DNA of 64,000 bases from a virus, in the IMG/VR virus record IMGVR_UViG_3300034358_000032, positions 5,581 through 69,580 of that record; one strand, given 5' to 3'. The notes beneath the pieces are model-generated. The model was not told where the DNA came from. It made no database searches and worked only from the letters and a program-made list of their open reading frames with translations. Made by a program: the position numbers and the translations under genes. Shown piece by piece: positions 1 to 9,419 of this stretch (the first letter of the stretch is position 1; every line of letters starts with the position of its first letter).

Positions 1-1
1 G

Positions 2-1486
2 GGCGAGTGGGCGGGGCAGAGCATCGAGCTTGAGCCGTGGCAGGAGTTCACGGTCGGCAGCGTGTTCGGCTGGAAGCGCAAGAACAAGACCCGGCGCTTT
101 CGGATGGTCTACGAGGAGATCGCTCGGAAGAACGGGAAATCGACCAAGCTATCGGGGATAGGGCTCTATTCCCTGGTAGCCGACCGCGAGGCCGGAGCCG
201 AGATATACGCCGCCGCAACAAAGAAGGATCAGGCGCGCATTATTTTCGACGAGGCGCGCCGGATGGTGCTTTCGTCGGAGGAATTGCGGCGCAAGGTCAA
301 CGTCTATCGGTTGAACCTGTCGGTAGACCTGACCGGATCGAAGTTCGAACCGCTATCGTCCGACGACCGGACGCTGGACGGCCTGAACCCGCAGACGCTG
401 CTGGTCGACGAGCTGCACAAGCACAAGTCCCGCGCTCTGCTCGACGTGCTCGACACCGCGATGGGCTCACGGCGGCAACCGCTAATTTGGATTATAACTA
501 CATCCGGCGACGACAATCCGGAGAGCGTCTACGCCGCCGAGAACGACTACGCGATCAAAGTGCTGGAGCGGGTTGTCGAGGACGACAACTACTTCGCCTA
601 CATCGCGACGATCGACAAAGCCGACCAGTGGGACGATCCGAAGATATGGATCAAGGCCAATCCCAACCTTGGCGTCAGCGTCAAAATGGACGACCTCCAG
701 CGCCAGGCGCTGAAGGCCAAGGGTTCGCCCCCGGCCAAGAGCGCCTTCATGCGCTTGCGGCTCAATGTTCGATCCTCCGGGGCGGACAGGGCTCTCGACA
801 TGGAGCAGTGGGCGAAAAACAGCCTCGGGAAGTTCGATCCCGGGCACCTGGCGGGCCGCAAGTTCTACGGCGCGCTGGATCTGAGCTCCAAGATCGATTT
901 GACGGCCTGGGTGAAGGTTTTCCCGCCAACCGGCGACAACGACCCGCGCTGGCGCATCGTCCCGCGCTTCTGGCTACCTGCTGACACCGTCGAAGAAAAA
1001 TCCGACCGCGACCGCGTGCAGTACCGGCGCTGGATCGACGAAGGTTTTATCGAGACGACGGCTGGCAACACGATCGACCACAACGAGATACAGGCGGCGG
1101 TGCAAGAGGACTGCCGCATCTACGAGGCGCTTTCCATCGCCTACGACAGTTGGAACGCCGCCCAGTTGGCGAACACGTTGCTCGCCGAGGGCCTGCCCAT
1201 GTTCGAGTTCATCCAGGGCGTTCGTAGCTACAACGGGCCGATGAAAGAGCTTATGGCGATGGTCCTCGCCTGCAAGTTGGACCATGGGGACAACCCGGTG
1301 CTGACGTGGATGGCGCACAACCTGCACATCACCAAGCCCGATAAAAACCAGAATTACATGCCGTCGAAACAGCATTCGACGGGGCGCATCGACGGCATGA
1401 CCGCCACGATCATGGCCATAGGCCGGTCGATGGTCGCCGAAGAAGGCGTCACGTATCTGAATACCGACGAGATCATCAGCTTCTAA
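2..1486 (+). CDS. terL: Terminase large subunit, 5'-truncated by the window edge
   Basis: Frame open from base 2 (GEWAGQSIELEPWQ...); Walker A ARKNGKS, Walker B LLVDELH, coupling motif ITTSG, nuclease motifs ALDLSS and RIDG. Confidence 0.97.
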   Translation, partial: GEWAGQSIELEPWQEFTVGSVFGWKRKNKTRRFRMVYEEIARKNGKSTKLSGIGLYSLVADREAGAEIYAAATKKDQARIIFDEARRMVLSSEELRRKVNVYRLNLSVDLTGSKFEPLSSDDRTLDGLNPQTLLVDELHKHKSRALLDVLDTAMGSRRQPLIWIITTSGDDNPESVYAAENDYAIKVLERVVEDDNYFAYIATIDKADQWDDPKIWIKANPNLGVSVKMDDLQRQALKAKGSPPAKSAFMRLRLNVRSSGADRALDMEQWAKNSLGKFDPGHLAGRKFYGALDLSSKIDLTAWVKVFPPTGDNDPRWRIVPRFWLPADTVEEKSDRDRVQYRRWIDEGFIETTAGNTIDHNEIQAAVQEDCRIYEALSIAYDSWNAAQLANTLLAEGLPMFEFIQGVRSYNGPMKELMAMVLACKLDHGDNPVLTWMAHNLHITKPDKNQNYMPSKQHSTGRIDGMTATIMAIGRSMVAEEGVTYLNTDEIISF

Positions 1487-1501
1487 ACGGAGATCATACC
1501 T

Positions 1502-2788
1502 ATGGGGCTGCTCGCGCGGGCCAGGGCGGGAGTGCGCGCCTTCCGCGGCGGCCGTGAGGTGAAGGGTTATGTCGACGATCTGCTGGCGCTGCTCAGCAGG
1601 GGGTGGGTGGCGAAATCGGGCGCGACCGTCGATACCGATACCGCACTGCACACCGCTGTCGTCTTTGCTTGCTGCCGGGTGATCGCGGAGGGCGTCAGCA
1701 TGATGCCGGTCACCATGAACAAGACGCTGGACAATGGATCGTCCACGATCGTCCGAGACGATCCGCTGTACCGGGTGCTCGCGAAGCAGCCGAACGAGTG
1801 GCAAACGTCATTCGAGTTTCGCGAGATGCTGACTTACCACTCCATGCTCACCGGCAACGGCTACGCCTACAAAAACACCGACGCCAAGGGCAAGCTGATC
1901 GAACTGATCCCCCTCGTCCCTACCCGGGTAAGGACGGTGCAGGATCAGGAATGCAAGATTACTTACAAAGTCCGCGATGCCTACGGCGCGGAGATGACGC
2001 TGCGGCAAGATCAGGTCTTCCACCTCCGCGGCCCGTCTTGGGACGGCGTCAAGGGGATGGAATGCGTCCAGCTTGCCCGCGAGGCGATCGGCCTGAACAT
2101 TGCACTCGAAGAAAGCCACTCCAGGCTCCATGCCAACGGCGTGTCCCCGAGCGGCATCTACTCGATCGAAGGCACTTTGGACAAAGACGCCCGGACCCGG
2201 TTCCGGGAGCGTATCCAGGAGATGAACGAGGGCCTGGCCAACGTCGGCCGCATCCTCATCCTCGACAGAAACGGCAAGTTCCAGCCGACCGCCATGACGG
2301 GCGTCGATGCACAGCACCTCGAAAGCCGCCGCTGGCAGCTTGAGGAGATATGCCGCTGCTTCCGCGTTTTTCCCCAGATGATCGGCTTCCAGGACAAGGC
2401 CACTACGTACGCCAGCGCCGAGCAGTTCTTCCTGGCGCACGTCGTGCACTCCCTGAACCCCTGGGTAGACCGGTGGGAATCAGCCATTTTCCGCGATCTG
2501 GTCGGCGATCGGGGCTTTGGTCCCGGCTACGAGATCGCCGCGAAGTTCAATATGTCGGGCCTCATGCGCGGCGACAGCGCCGCCCGGACCGCCTTCTACG
2601 CCGGGGGCATCGCCAACGGCTGGCTGACCCGCAACGAGGTCCGCGCCTTCGAAGGCCTGATGCACCTGCCCGGCCTCGATGAGCCGCTGACGCCGCTCAA
2701 TATGGGCGGCAAGAACGACCAAAATGGCCAAAACGGCGCCAAGGACAGCGCCAAACCGCCCCCGGCGGCCGAAGGAGAAGATTCATGA
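1502..2788 (+). CDS. Portal protein, HK97 family
   Basis: Follows TerL; VFACCRVIAE, PNEWQTSFEF, GNGYAY, VFHLRG and GWLTRNEVR motifs. Confidence 0.96.
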   Translation: MGLLARARAGVRAFRGGREVKGYVDDLLALLSRGWVAKSGATVDTDTALHTAVVFACCRVIAEGVSMMPVTMNKTLDNGSSTIVRDDPLYRVLAKQPNEWQTSFEFREMLTYHSMLTGNGYAYKNTDAKGKLIELIPLVPTRVRTVQDQECKITYKVRDAYGAEMTLRQDQVFHLRGPSWDGVKGMECVQLAREAIGLNIALEESHSRLHANGVSPSGIYSIEGTLDKDARTRFRERIQEMNEGLANVGRILILDRNGKFQPTAMTGVDAQHLESRRWQLEEICRCFRVFPQMIGFQDKATTYASAEQFFLAHVVHSLNPWVDRWESAIFRDLVGDRGFGPGYEIAAKFNMSGLMRGDSAARTAFYAGGIANGWLTRNEVRAFEGLMHLPGLDEPLTPLNMGGKNDQNGQNGAKDSAKPPPAAEGEDS

Positions 2789-3477
2789 GCCGCGTCGAAT
2801 TTCTGTCGCTCGGGCTTGGGCAAATCGACCTGAAATTTGCCGGCGGCGCCGATGAACCCGGAACCTTCGAGGGCTACGGCTCGGTCTTCAACGTGCGGGA
2901 CAGTTATGACGACGAGGTGGCCCCCGGAGCGTTCATGAACACGCTCACTCAGGCCAAGGCCTCGGGGGTTTGGCCTGCGATGCTGCTCCAGCACGGGTCA
3001 TTTCTTGGCGGCGACGATGATATGCCGGTCGGGATCTGGACCCACATGGACGAGGACGAGCGCGGCCTGCGCTGCGTCGGCAAGCTGGCCGACACCCAAC
3101 GCGGCCGCGACACTTACAAGTTGCTGACGATGCAGCCGAGGCCGGCGATTTCCGGCCTTTCCATCGGCTTCATGGCCAAAAAGTTCACCTTGGGCACGAA
3201 AGCCGGGCAACCCCGGCGGACGCTCGAGGCGGTTGACCTGTTGGAATGCTCGATTGTGACCTGGCCGGCAAACGCCAAGGCTCAAATCGACGGCGTTCGG
3301 TCAATCAGAGGATTGGAGCAAGTCCTGCGTGACGCCGGACTGTCCCGACGCGAGGCCAAGGCTCTGTTGAGCGGCGGATATCGCGAAATCGCCCCGCGGG
3401 ATGTGGGAGCGGAACTGAACTCGTTGTTGGACACGCTGCGGCGCGCCAACGGCGGGGCACTCCCCCCCATAACCTGA
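2785..3477 (+). CDS. Prohead maturation protease, HK97 family
   Basis: FEGYGSVFN, MLLQH, GLSIGF and ECSIVTWPAN motifs; lies between portal and capsid. Confidence 0.95.
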   Translation: MSRVEFLSLGLGQIDLKFAGGADEPGTFEGYGSVFNVRDSYDDEVAPGAFMNTLTQAKASGVWPAMLLQHGSFLGGDDDMPVGIWTHMDEDERGLRCVGKLADTQRGRDTYKLLTMQPRPAISGLSIGFMAKKFTLGTKAGQPRRTLEAVDLLECSIVTWPANAKAQIDGVRSIRGLEQVLRDAGLSRREAKALLSGGYREIAPRDVGAELNSLLDTLRRANGGALPPIT

Positions 3478-3487
3478 GAGTAGAACC

Positions 3488-4849
3488 ATGCCAGACGGTG
3501 GAATCGTCGATCCCTCTGTGATTGAGGCGATCGGCAAGGAAGTCCGCGCCTTCGGCGACGGACAAAAGGTCCTGAAAGACAGCCTGGAACGCGATCTCAA
3601 GGCAGTCCGCGACCTCGCCGAAGCCAATGCGAAGGCGGTCGGCCCGGAAGTGAAGTCGCAGATCGACGCGCTGACGGAATCGGTCCTGCAGAAGCAGACC
3701 GCGCTCGAAACGGCGATGTCCGACCGCATCGGCAAGGTCGAAGCGGGCATGAATCGTCGCGGAATGGGCGGCGGAGACGAGCAGACCGAAGCTGAGCGGC
3801 TGTCCGAGCGGCGTTATGCACGCGAATTCCACAAGATGAGCCTCGCGGCACGCGGGCAGCTCAAGGCCGGCGTCGCAATCAAGGACGAGGACATCGATTT
3901 CGCGGGAATCAAGGCGTGGAGCGACGCTTTCCCGATGTATCTACGCGCGAAAGACGATCGCGCCGTGGAGCAGCGGGCGCTTTCGGTCGGCTCCGATCCG
4001 GACGGCGGCCAGTGGGTTCCGACGCAGGTTTCGGCCCGCATTCTGACCCAGGTCTACGAATCGTCGCCCATTCGTCAGTATGCGACGGTCGAAAACATCT
4101 CCACCGACGCTTTGGAGATCCCGACTGACTTCGGTCAGGTCGATTACGGCTGGGTTGGCGAGCAGGCGCCCCGCACAACCACTGCTACCTCGCAGATCGG
4201 GACCATCCGCATCCCGACCTTCGAGATGTATGCCCAGCCGGCCGCAACTCAGAAGCTCCTCGAAGACGCCAGTGTCGACGTTGAGCGGTGGCTGTCCAAC
4301 AAGATTGCCCAGCGATTCTCCCGCGTCGAGGCAACCGCCTTCTGCTCGGGAACCGGTGTGGGTCAGCCGCGCGGCTTCCTGACGTATGCCAACGGCAGCA
4401 CGCTTCCGGGCACCATCGAGCAGGTCCATTCGGGTCATGCCACGGCGCTGACGACCGATGGCCTGATCAACTGCATGGTCAGCCTGAAAGAGCCCTACGT
4501 CCCCGGTGCGATCTGGCTGATGCGGCGCGCAACGGTCGGCTCGATCATGCTGCTGAAAGACGGCGACGGTCAGTACATCTGGCGCGCCGGTATCGACGGC
4601 GGCAAGCCATCCGTCCTGCTCGGGAGCCCGGTTGTCCAGGCGGCCGACATGCAGGCGGTCGGCGCGGGCGGCCTGCCCGTGGCCTATGGCGACTTCCGCC
4701 AGGGCTACACCATCGTCGATCGGCTCGGGATCACCACGCTCCGCGACCCGTTCACCGCGAAGCCCTTCGTCCTGTTCTACACCCGCCGCCGCGTCGGGGG
4801 CGATGTGACGAACTTTGAAGCGATCAAGCTTCAGATTGTCGCGGCGTAA
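3488..4849 (+). CDS. Major capsid protein, HK97 fold, with N-terminal coiled-coil delta domain
   Basis: GSDPDGGQWVP, YAQPAATQKLLED and GDFRQGYTIVDRLG...RDPFTAKP motifs. Confidence 0.97.
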   Translation: MPDGGIVDPSVIEAIGKEVRAFGDGQKVLKDSLERDLKAVRDLAEANAKAVGPEVKSQIDALTESVLQKQTALETAMSDRIGKVEAGMNRRGMGGGDEQTEAERLSERRYAREFHKMSLAARGQLKAGVAIKDEDIDFAGIKAWSDAFPMYLRAKDDRAVEQRALSVGSDPDGGQWVPTQVSARILTQVYESSPIRQYATVENISTDALEIPTDFGQVDYGWVGEQAPRTTTATSQIGTIRIPTFEMYAQPAATQKLLEDASVDVERWLSNKIAQRFSRVEATAFCSGTGVGQPRGFLTYANGSTLPGTIEQVHSGHATALTTDGLINCMVSLKEPYVPGAIWLMRRATVGSIMLLKDGDGQYIWRAGIDGGKPSVLLGSPVVQAADMQAVGAGGLPVAYGDFRQGYTIVDRLGITTLRDPFTAKPFVLFYTRRRVGGDVTNFEAIKLQIVAA

Positions 4850-4862
4850 GGAGGCAAACCCC

Positions 4863-5342
4863 ATGGCAAACCGCGAACTCTCCACGCACATCAACCCGCG
4901 CCCGCTGATCAATCCGGCGGCTGCGGTGTCGAACAACACCGCGATCGTCTCCTCGCTGCTTGACACCCTCGGCTACGACAGCGTGACCCTGGTCATTGCC
5001 GTCGGCGCGGCCGGGACGAGCTCCGCCACGTTCACCGCGTCGCTGACCGAAGGCAACCTTGCCAACGGCTCGGACCAGGCAGCCGTGGCGGCGTATGAGG
5101 TGACCAACGGCGTGACGGTCTACTCCAACCCGCCGCCATACGCGGCGATCGGAGCCGGCCTGACGCTCGCGAGCTTCACCGGAGCCGCCACCAACAGCGT
5201 GTTCAAGCTGGCCTACGTCGGCAACAGCCGGTACATCCAGCTTACGATCACGCCAGCCGGCAACTCGGCCGCCGCCTTTATCTCCGCGGTAGCGATCCTC
5301 GGCCATCCGGACGTGCGCCCGACCCCGAACCCGCCGGCCTGA
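4863..5342 (+). CDS. Putative capsid decoration/cement protein
   Basis: AAGGAGG RBS before ATG 4863; beta-rich 159 aa protein directly after the capsid gene; function inferred from position. Confidence 0.6.
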   Translation: MANRELSTHINPRPLINPAAAVSNNTAIVSSLLDTLGYDSVTLVIAVGAAGTSSATFTASLTEGNLANGSDQAAVAAYEVTNGVTVYSNPPPYAAIGAGLTLASFTGAATNSVFKLAYVGNSRYIQLTITPAGNSAAAFISAVAILGHPDVRPTPNPPA

Positions 5343-5370
5343 CGCTCAAGTCTGAGCCTTTGATGCCGAA

Positions 5371-5406
5371 CGCAGGCGGTTCGCCGCCTGCGCTCCCCCC
5401 TCTTTT
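5371..5406 (+). terminator. Hairpin, possible weak terminator or mRNA stabiliser after the capsid genes
   Basis: Perfect 9-bp stem CGCAGGCGG-TTCG-CCGCCTGCG followed by a pyrimidine tract ending TTTT. Confidence 0.5.
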
Positions 5407-5421
5407 GCAAGGAGCATCGCC

Positions 5422-5811
5422 ATGGTGGCGGATCCTACCTATCAGGCCAAAAACTACGAAGCAGAGGGCGCCGCCTCCTGGGTTGTCGGCGGCACCCTTG
5501 AGATCGCATCCGGCGGGACGCTGGTCGTAGCCTCCGGCGGCTCAGTCAGCTATGGCGGCGCCTCCAGCACCGGCGCCACCGTGGCAGGCAAGTACACGGT
5601 TACCGCGGCCGACGTGACCGCCACGCACACCGCCATCCCGACCGGCATCACGACGCTGTCGGCCCTGATTATCCAGATCCTCCGGACGGGCAAGATTACG
5701 ACTACCGACGCCGCCCCCGCCCTGGTCTCCGGCGCCATCCAGGTGTCGTCCGGATCCACTTACACGCTGACCGCCGGTGACATCGTGCACTGGATCGCGG
5801 TGGGCGTCTGA
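5422..5811 (+). CDS. Putative head-associated structural protein
   Basis: AAGGAG RBS; Ala/Gly/Thr-rich beta protein in the head module. Confidence 0.6.
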   Translation: MVADPTYQAKNYEAEGAASWVVGGTLEIASGGTLVVASGGSVSYGGASSTGATVAGKYTVTAADVTATHTAIPTGITTLSALIIQILRTGKITTTDAAPALVSGAIQVSSGSTYTLTAGDIVHWIAVGV

Positions 5812-6008
5812 TGTCCGCCCCGGTCCCGGTCACCGTCCTCAAGTCGTTTGTCTGGATCGACGACGGCGAGCGCAAGGTAGCCGAGGTCGGGACGAGCATC
5901 CTCGTCTCCCGGCGCATCCTTCCCGGCCTGGTTGCGGGCAAATACGTGCAGGACAACAGCCTGCCGCCGCCGAAGCCCCCTGCTCCTGCGAAAGCACCGG
6001 CAAAGTGA
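5811..6008 (+). CDS. Small hypothetical protein
   Basis: Stop/start overlaps on both sides; Pro/Ala/Lys tail typical of small genes preceding head-tail adaptors. Confidence 0.65.
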   Translation: MSAPVPVTVLKSFVWIDDGERKVAEVGTSILVSRRILPGLVAGKYVQDNSLPPPKPPAPAKAPAK

Positions 6009-6682
6009 CAGTCGAAACCATCCTGAAGGTGCTGACGCCGGCCGCCAGCTACGACCTGACGACGCTTGAAATCGTCAAGGACGAGCTGGGCATCACGGAC
6101 AGCTCCTCGGACACCACGCTCGCGCGGTGGATCGCGGAAAGCAGCCACAGGATAGCCGCCTACACCGAACGGGTCTGGGGCCTCGAGACCGTCCGCCAGC
6201 TTTGGCGCTTCGATCATCACCAGTTCCAGAACGCGTACTTCGGCTGGGAGAACCGTGCCAACCCTCAAGGGCTGCGGTTCGACCGCTATCCAATCGCGAC
6301 CATCACCTCACTGGTCGAGGATGACGTCTATACGCTGGTTGAAGGCCAGGATTACGAGGTCGATCAAGCCGCTGGCGTGGTCTACCGGATCTTCCAGGGC
6401 GGCGTGCCGAATAGCGAACTCCGCTGGCGCTGGCGGCGCAAGGTGGTCGCCACCTATACCGCCGGTTACCAGCTTCCCGCGGCCGTGCCGCTGCGCTTGC
6501 AGCAGGCGACGACCGAACTCATCAAGGGGCGCTGGGGCAGCCGCACGCGCGACCCCGCGCTCCGCTCCTTCAGTATCCCCGGCGTCATCGAGAAGACCTA
6601 TTGGGGCGGCGGTTCCTCCGATGGAGACCTTCCGCCAGAGATCGTGTCCATCCTCGACGGCCTCATTGATCGGCAGTTCTAA
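6005..6682 (+). CDS. Head-tail connector (adaptor) protein
   Basis: GTG overlapping the previous stop (GTGA); LTTLEIVKDELGI and YTAGY...VPLRLQQA pattern of gp6-like adaptors. Confidence 0.8.
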   Translation: MTVETILKVLTPAASYDLTTLEIVKDELGITDSSSDTTLARWIAESSHRIAAYTERVWGLETVRQLWRFDHHQFQNAYFGWENRANPQGLRFDRYPIATITSLVEDDVYTLVEGQDYEVDQAAGVVYRIFQGGVPNSELRWRWRRKVVATYTAGYQLPAAVPLRLQQATTELIKGRWGSRTRDPALRSFSIPGVIEKTYWGGGSSDGDLPPEIVSILDGLIDRQF

Positions 6683-7035
6683 TGGCTCTTTTTATCATTC
6701 CGAACGTGGCGCCGCAGGAGATCGAGGCGGCGCTTGCCGAGGCCGGACAGGCCGTGGTGCTGCGGCGCGTGGGCGTCCCCAACATCGACGTGGCCCTGGC
6801 CGGCCGCCTTGATGACTACGCGCCCGAGGACATCGGCGGCGGCGTGGTGCAGGGCGACCGCCGGGTGATCATCGGCAACTGGGTCATTGTCGAGGAGGGC
6901 TGGCCGGGGCCGCCCCGGCGCGGCGATCAGATCATTTGGGGCCAGGGCACCAAGACCGCGACAGTCATGGGCGTGGCCACGGTATCGGTCGGGAATGTGG
7001 ACGTCCGCCATAACCTGCATGTGCGCGGATCCTGA
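6682..7035 (+). CDS. Putative head closure/stopper protein
   Basis: Position and size; GGVVQGDRRVII...PRRGDQI pattern. Confidence 0.65.
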   Translation: MALFIIPNVAPQEIEAALAEAGQAVVLRRVGVPNIDVALAGRLDDYAPEDIGGGVVQGDRRVIIGNWVIVEEGWPGPPRRGDQIIWGQGTKTATVMGVATVSVGNVDVRHNLHVRGS

Positions 7036-7743
7036 ATGTTCACCCAGGAGGCCATGCAAGGCTTCATCAACACGGTCTCGCTCGCCAGCCTGAACCTCCC
7101 GGCGGAGGCCTCCAAGGCGCTGCTGATCCAGACCGCCTACAAAGAACGCGACCGCGTGCTGACCGAGGCGCGGACCCGCTCGGGGCTTGTCCCGCAGTAC
7201 CGCCAGATCGTTGATGGCGTGCTGGACGCGCCGATCGAGGCCGTAAAGCCTTTCGGGACCATCGTCTTTTCCTGGCATTATTTCGCCGAGGTGGTGCGCG
7301 AGATCGTGCACACTCTGGCTGATCGCTCGCCGGTTCGCACCGGGGCCTACCTCGACAGCTTCGTGGTGTTCGTCGATGACGTGCCGGCCGCCATGGGCGC
7401 GCATGACGAGATCCACCTCCGCGAGATCAACCTTGCAAGCAAGCGGATCGTCATCGTGCCGCAGGTGCCCTACAGCCGGCGCCTCGAGGTCGGCAAGCTG
7501 CGCGACCGGTTCGGGCGCGTCACCGATATCCCGTTCGTGCGCCAGGTCAGGCCGCACATCGTCGAGGAGACGGCGATCGTCTCGGCCAAGCTGTACCGGG
7601 ACCTGGCCGATATCAGCTTCAACTATGTCGACCTGTCGGACCCTTGGGTGATTAAGCGGCCGTATCACCGCAGCCGGCGGCACGACCGGATGAACAGCAC
7701 GGTCCGCTATCCCGCCATCATCATCGAGCCCCGCATCCTATGA
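7036..7743 (+). CDS. Putative neck/tail-completion protein
   Basis: SPVRTGAYLDS and PYSRRLE motifs reminiscent of HK97 gp10-like proteins; position. Confidence 0.55.
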   Translation: MFTQEAMQGFINTVSLASLNLPAEASKALLIQTAYKERDRVLTEARTRSGLVPQYRQIVDGVLDAPIEAVKPFGTIVFSWHYFAEVVREIVHTLADRSPVRTGAYLDSFVVFVDDVPAAMGAHDEIHLREINLASKRIVIVPQVPYSRRLEVGKLRDRFGRVTDIPFVRQVRPHIVEETAIVSAKLYRDLADISFNYVDLSDPWVIKRPYHRSRRHDRMNSTVRYPAIIIEPRIL

Positions 7744-8054
7744 CCGCAACGCTCAACATCAAGCAAGGTGCGACGCTGCAGCTGCTGATCGACGTCCAGA
7801 ACGCCGACAAGACCCCGCTGGACCTGTCCACGGTGACCGTCAGCGCGGCCGTCAATGATCAGCACGGCCAGCCGGTCGACACCCTGACGCTGACGCCGAC
7901 AAGCACCGCAGGCCAGCTTTGGGTGGCGCAGGACACCGCCGCATGGCCGCTCGGGCAGCTCTACAGCGACGTCAAGTTCGTCTCCAAAGCGACCGGGTCG
8001 GTGCTGAAAAGCGATACGTTCTACATCCAGGTGCTTTCAGCGGTCACCCCGTGA
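7740..8054 (+). CDS. Small beta-sandwich structural protein (BppU N-terminal-like)
   Basis: IKQGATLQL...PLDLS...YSDVKF...SDTFYIQV pattern; ATGA coupling. Confidence 0.5.
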   Translation: MTATLNIKQGATLQLLIDVQNADKTPLDLSTVTVSAAVNDQHGQPVDTLTLTPTSTAGQLWVAQDTAAWPLGQLYSDVKFVSKATGSVLKSDTFYIQVLSAVTP

Positions 8055-8953
8055 CGCAAAACCTGACGATCACTCAGGTCGGGGCGGGCTTTACCGACTC
8101 AGCGGTTATTGCCTCCGCCCTGAGCCTGACGATAACGCAGTTCTCTACCGAGACCGAGATCCTCGGGGCCGATGCCGGCGCGAGCAACGCGCAGCTTGCC
8201 CAGTCCATCGCGCTCATTGTCGCGGTGCCGGCCGCGCCGCTCGGCATCGGCCTGACGATCGGCCCGGCAGCAACCGTCTCCCTGGCGCTGCCCGGGTCCG
8301 TCATTTGGGGCGAAGGCGGCGGGTCGGCCTATGACAATCCCGCCTATCCGGCGCTGACTACCATCAACGACGCGCTGGATTACCTGCTCTACGTGCCGCC
8401 CGCGATCACCGGCTTCACCAACACCGTCGGCACAGTCGAAATCGGCTCCACGGTCACGGCGGTGACCCTGTCATGGCATTTCAACAAGACGATGGCCTCG
8501 GTGACGTTGAACGGCGCCGCGATCTCGCCGCTGCTGACCAGCGCCAGCCTGACCGGGCTGCACCTCACCAGCGACACCAGCTACACCCTGAGCGCGAGCG
8601 ACGGGCAGCAGGCCGCGTCGGCCGGCACCAGCGTCGCTTTCCGGGCCCGGCGCTGGTGGGGCACGTCTGCGCTGACGACACTCGGCTCGGCTGACATCCT
8701 GACACTCAGCGGATCCGAGTTCGCAACTGGCCGCGGGCAGTCGCGCAGCATGTCAGCGTCGGCGGCCTATCTCTACTTCGCGTGGCCCAGCGCGTTCGGA
8801 GCGCCGACGTTCACCGTCAACGGCCTGCCAAGCACCGCGTGGATCAAGACCACTGTCATGGCCACGAACGCCGCCGGCTACGCGCAGAACTATGACGTCT
8901 ACCGCAGCCAATACATTCAGAATGGCTCCGGGATCGCGGTGGTCGTGTCGTGA
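8051..8953 (+). CDS. Putative virion structural protein
   Basis: GTGA overlap start; Ala/Ser/Thr-rich with an Ig-like middle region. Confidence 0.65.
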   Translation: MTQNLTITQVGAGFTDSAVIASALSLTITQFSTETEILGADAGASNAQLAQSIALIVAVPAAPLGIGLTIGPAATVSLALPGSVIWGEGGGSAYDNPAYPALTTINDALDYLLYVPPAITGFTNTVGTVEIGSTVTAVTLSWHFNKTMASVTLNGAAISPLLTSASLTGLHLTSDTSYTLSASDGQQAASAGTSVAFRARRWWGTSALTTLGSADILTLSGSEFATGRGQSRSMSASAAYLYFAWPSAFGAPTFTVNGLPSTAWIKTTVMATNAAGYAQNYDVYRSQYIQNGSGIAVVVS

Positions 8954-9408
8954 GCAACAACGTTGGCACGCTCATCACCGCGCCGGTTCGGCCGCAGTCG
9001 AGCGCCGACACCTATCCGACCGCGTATGCGACGGATCTGCTCGGCGGGCATCAGCAGTTCGCGCTTCTCGCTGAGCGTGACGCCATCCCAGCCGAGCGGC
9101 GCCAGGAGGGCATGACGGTTTGGGTTGTCGAGACCGCCACGCTCTACGTGCTGTCGGGTGGCATCGATAACGTCAATTGGACGCCGTTCAGCGGCGGAGG
9201 AGGCGGCGGCGGTGCATCGACTTTTGTCTTTGTGCAGGCTCTCCCGCTGGCTGACTGGAATGTGGTGCACGGGCTTAATCAGTTCCCCGCCGTGATCACC
9301 GTCGATAGCACCGGCGCGCAGGTCGAGGGCGACGTGACGTACGTCAACGCCAACGAGATCACCGTCAGCTTCGCCGGGCCGTTCTCCGGCATTGCATATC
9401 TGAATTAG
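8950..9408 (+). CDS. Putative virion structural protein
   Basis: ERDAIPAERRQEGM and WNVVHGLNQFPAV motifs seen in phage fibre/collar proteins; Gly linker. Confidence 0.65.
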   Translation: MSNNVGTLITAPVRPQSSADTYPTAYATDLLGGHQQFALLAERDAIPAERRQEGMTVWVVETATLYVLSGGIDNVNWTPFSGGGGGGGASTFVFVQALPLADWNVVHGLNQFPAVITVDSTGAQVEGDVTYVNANEITVSFAGPFSGIAYLN

Positions 9409-9419
9409 AGGTCAGGATC

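Noticed and set aside
37-984. 315 aa alternative-frame ORF over terL, and similar Arg/Pro-rich overlapping ORFs throughout
   Set aside because: Typical high-GC off-frame ORFs overlapping genes with clear motifs.
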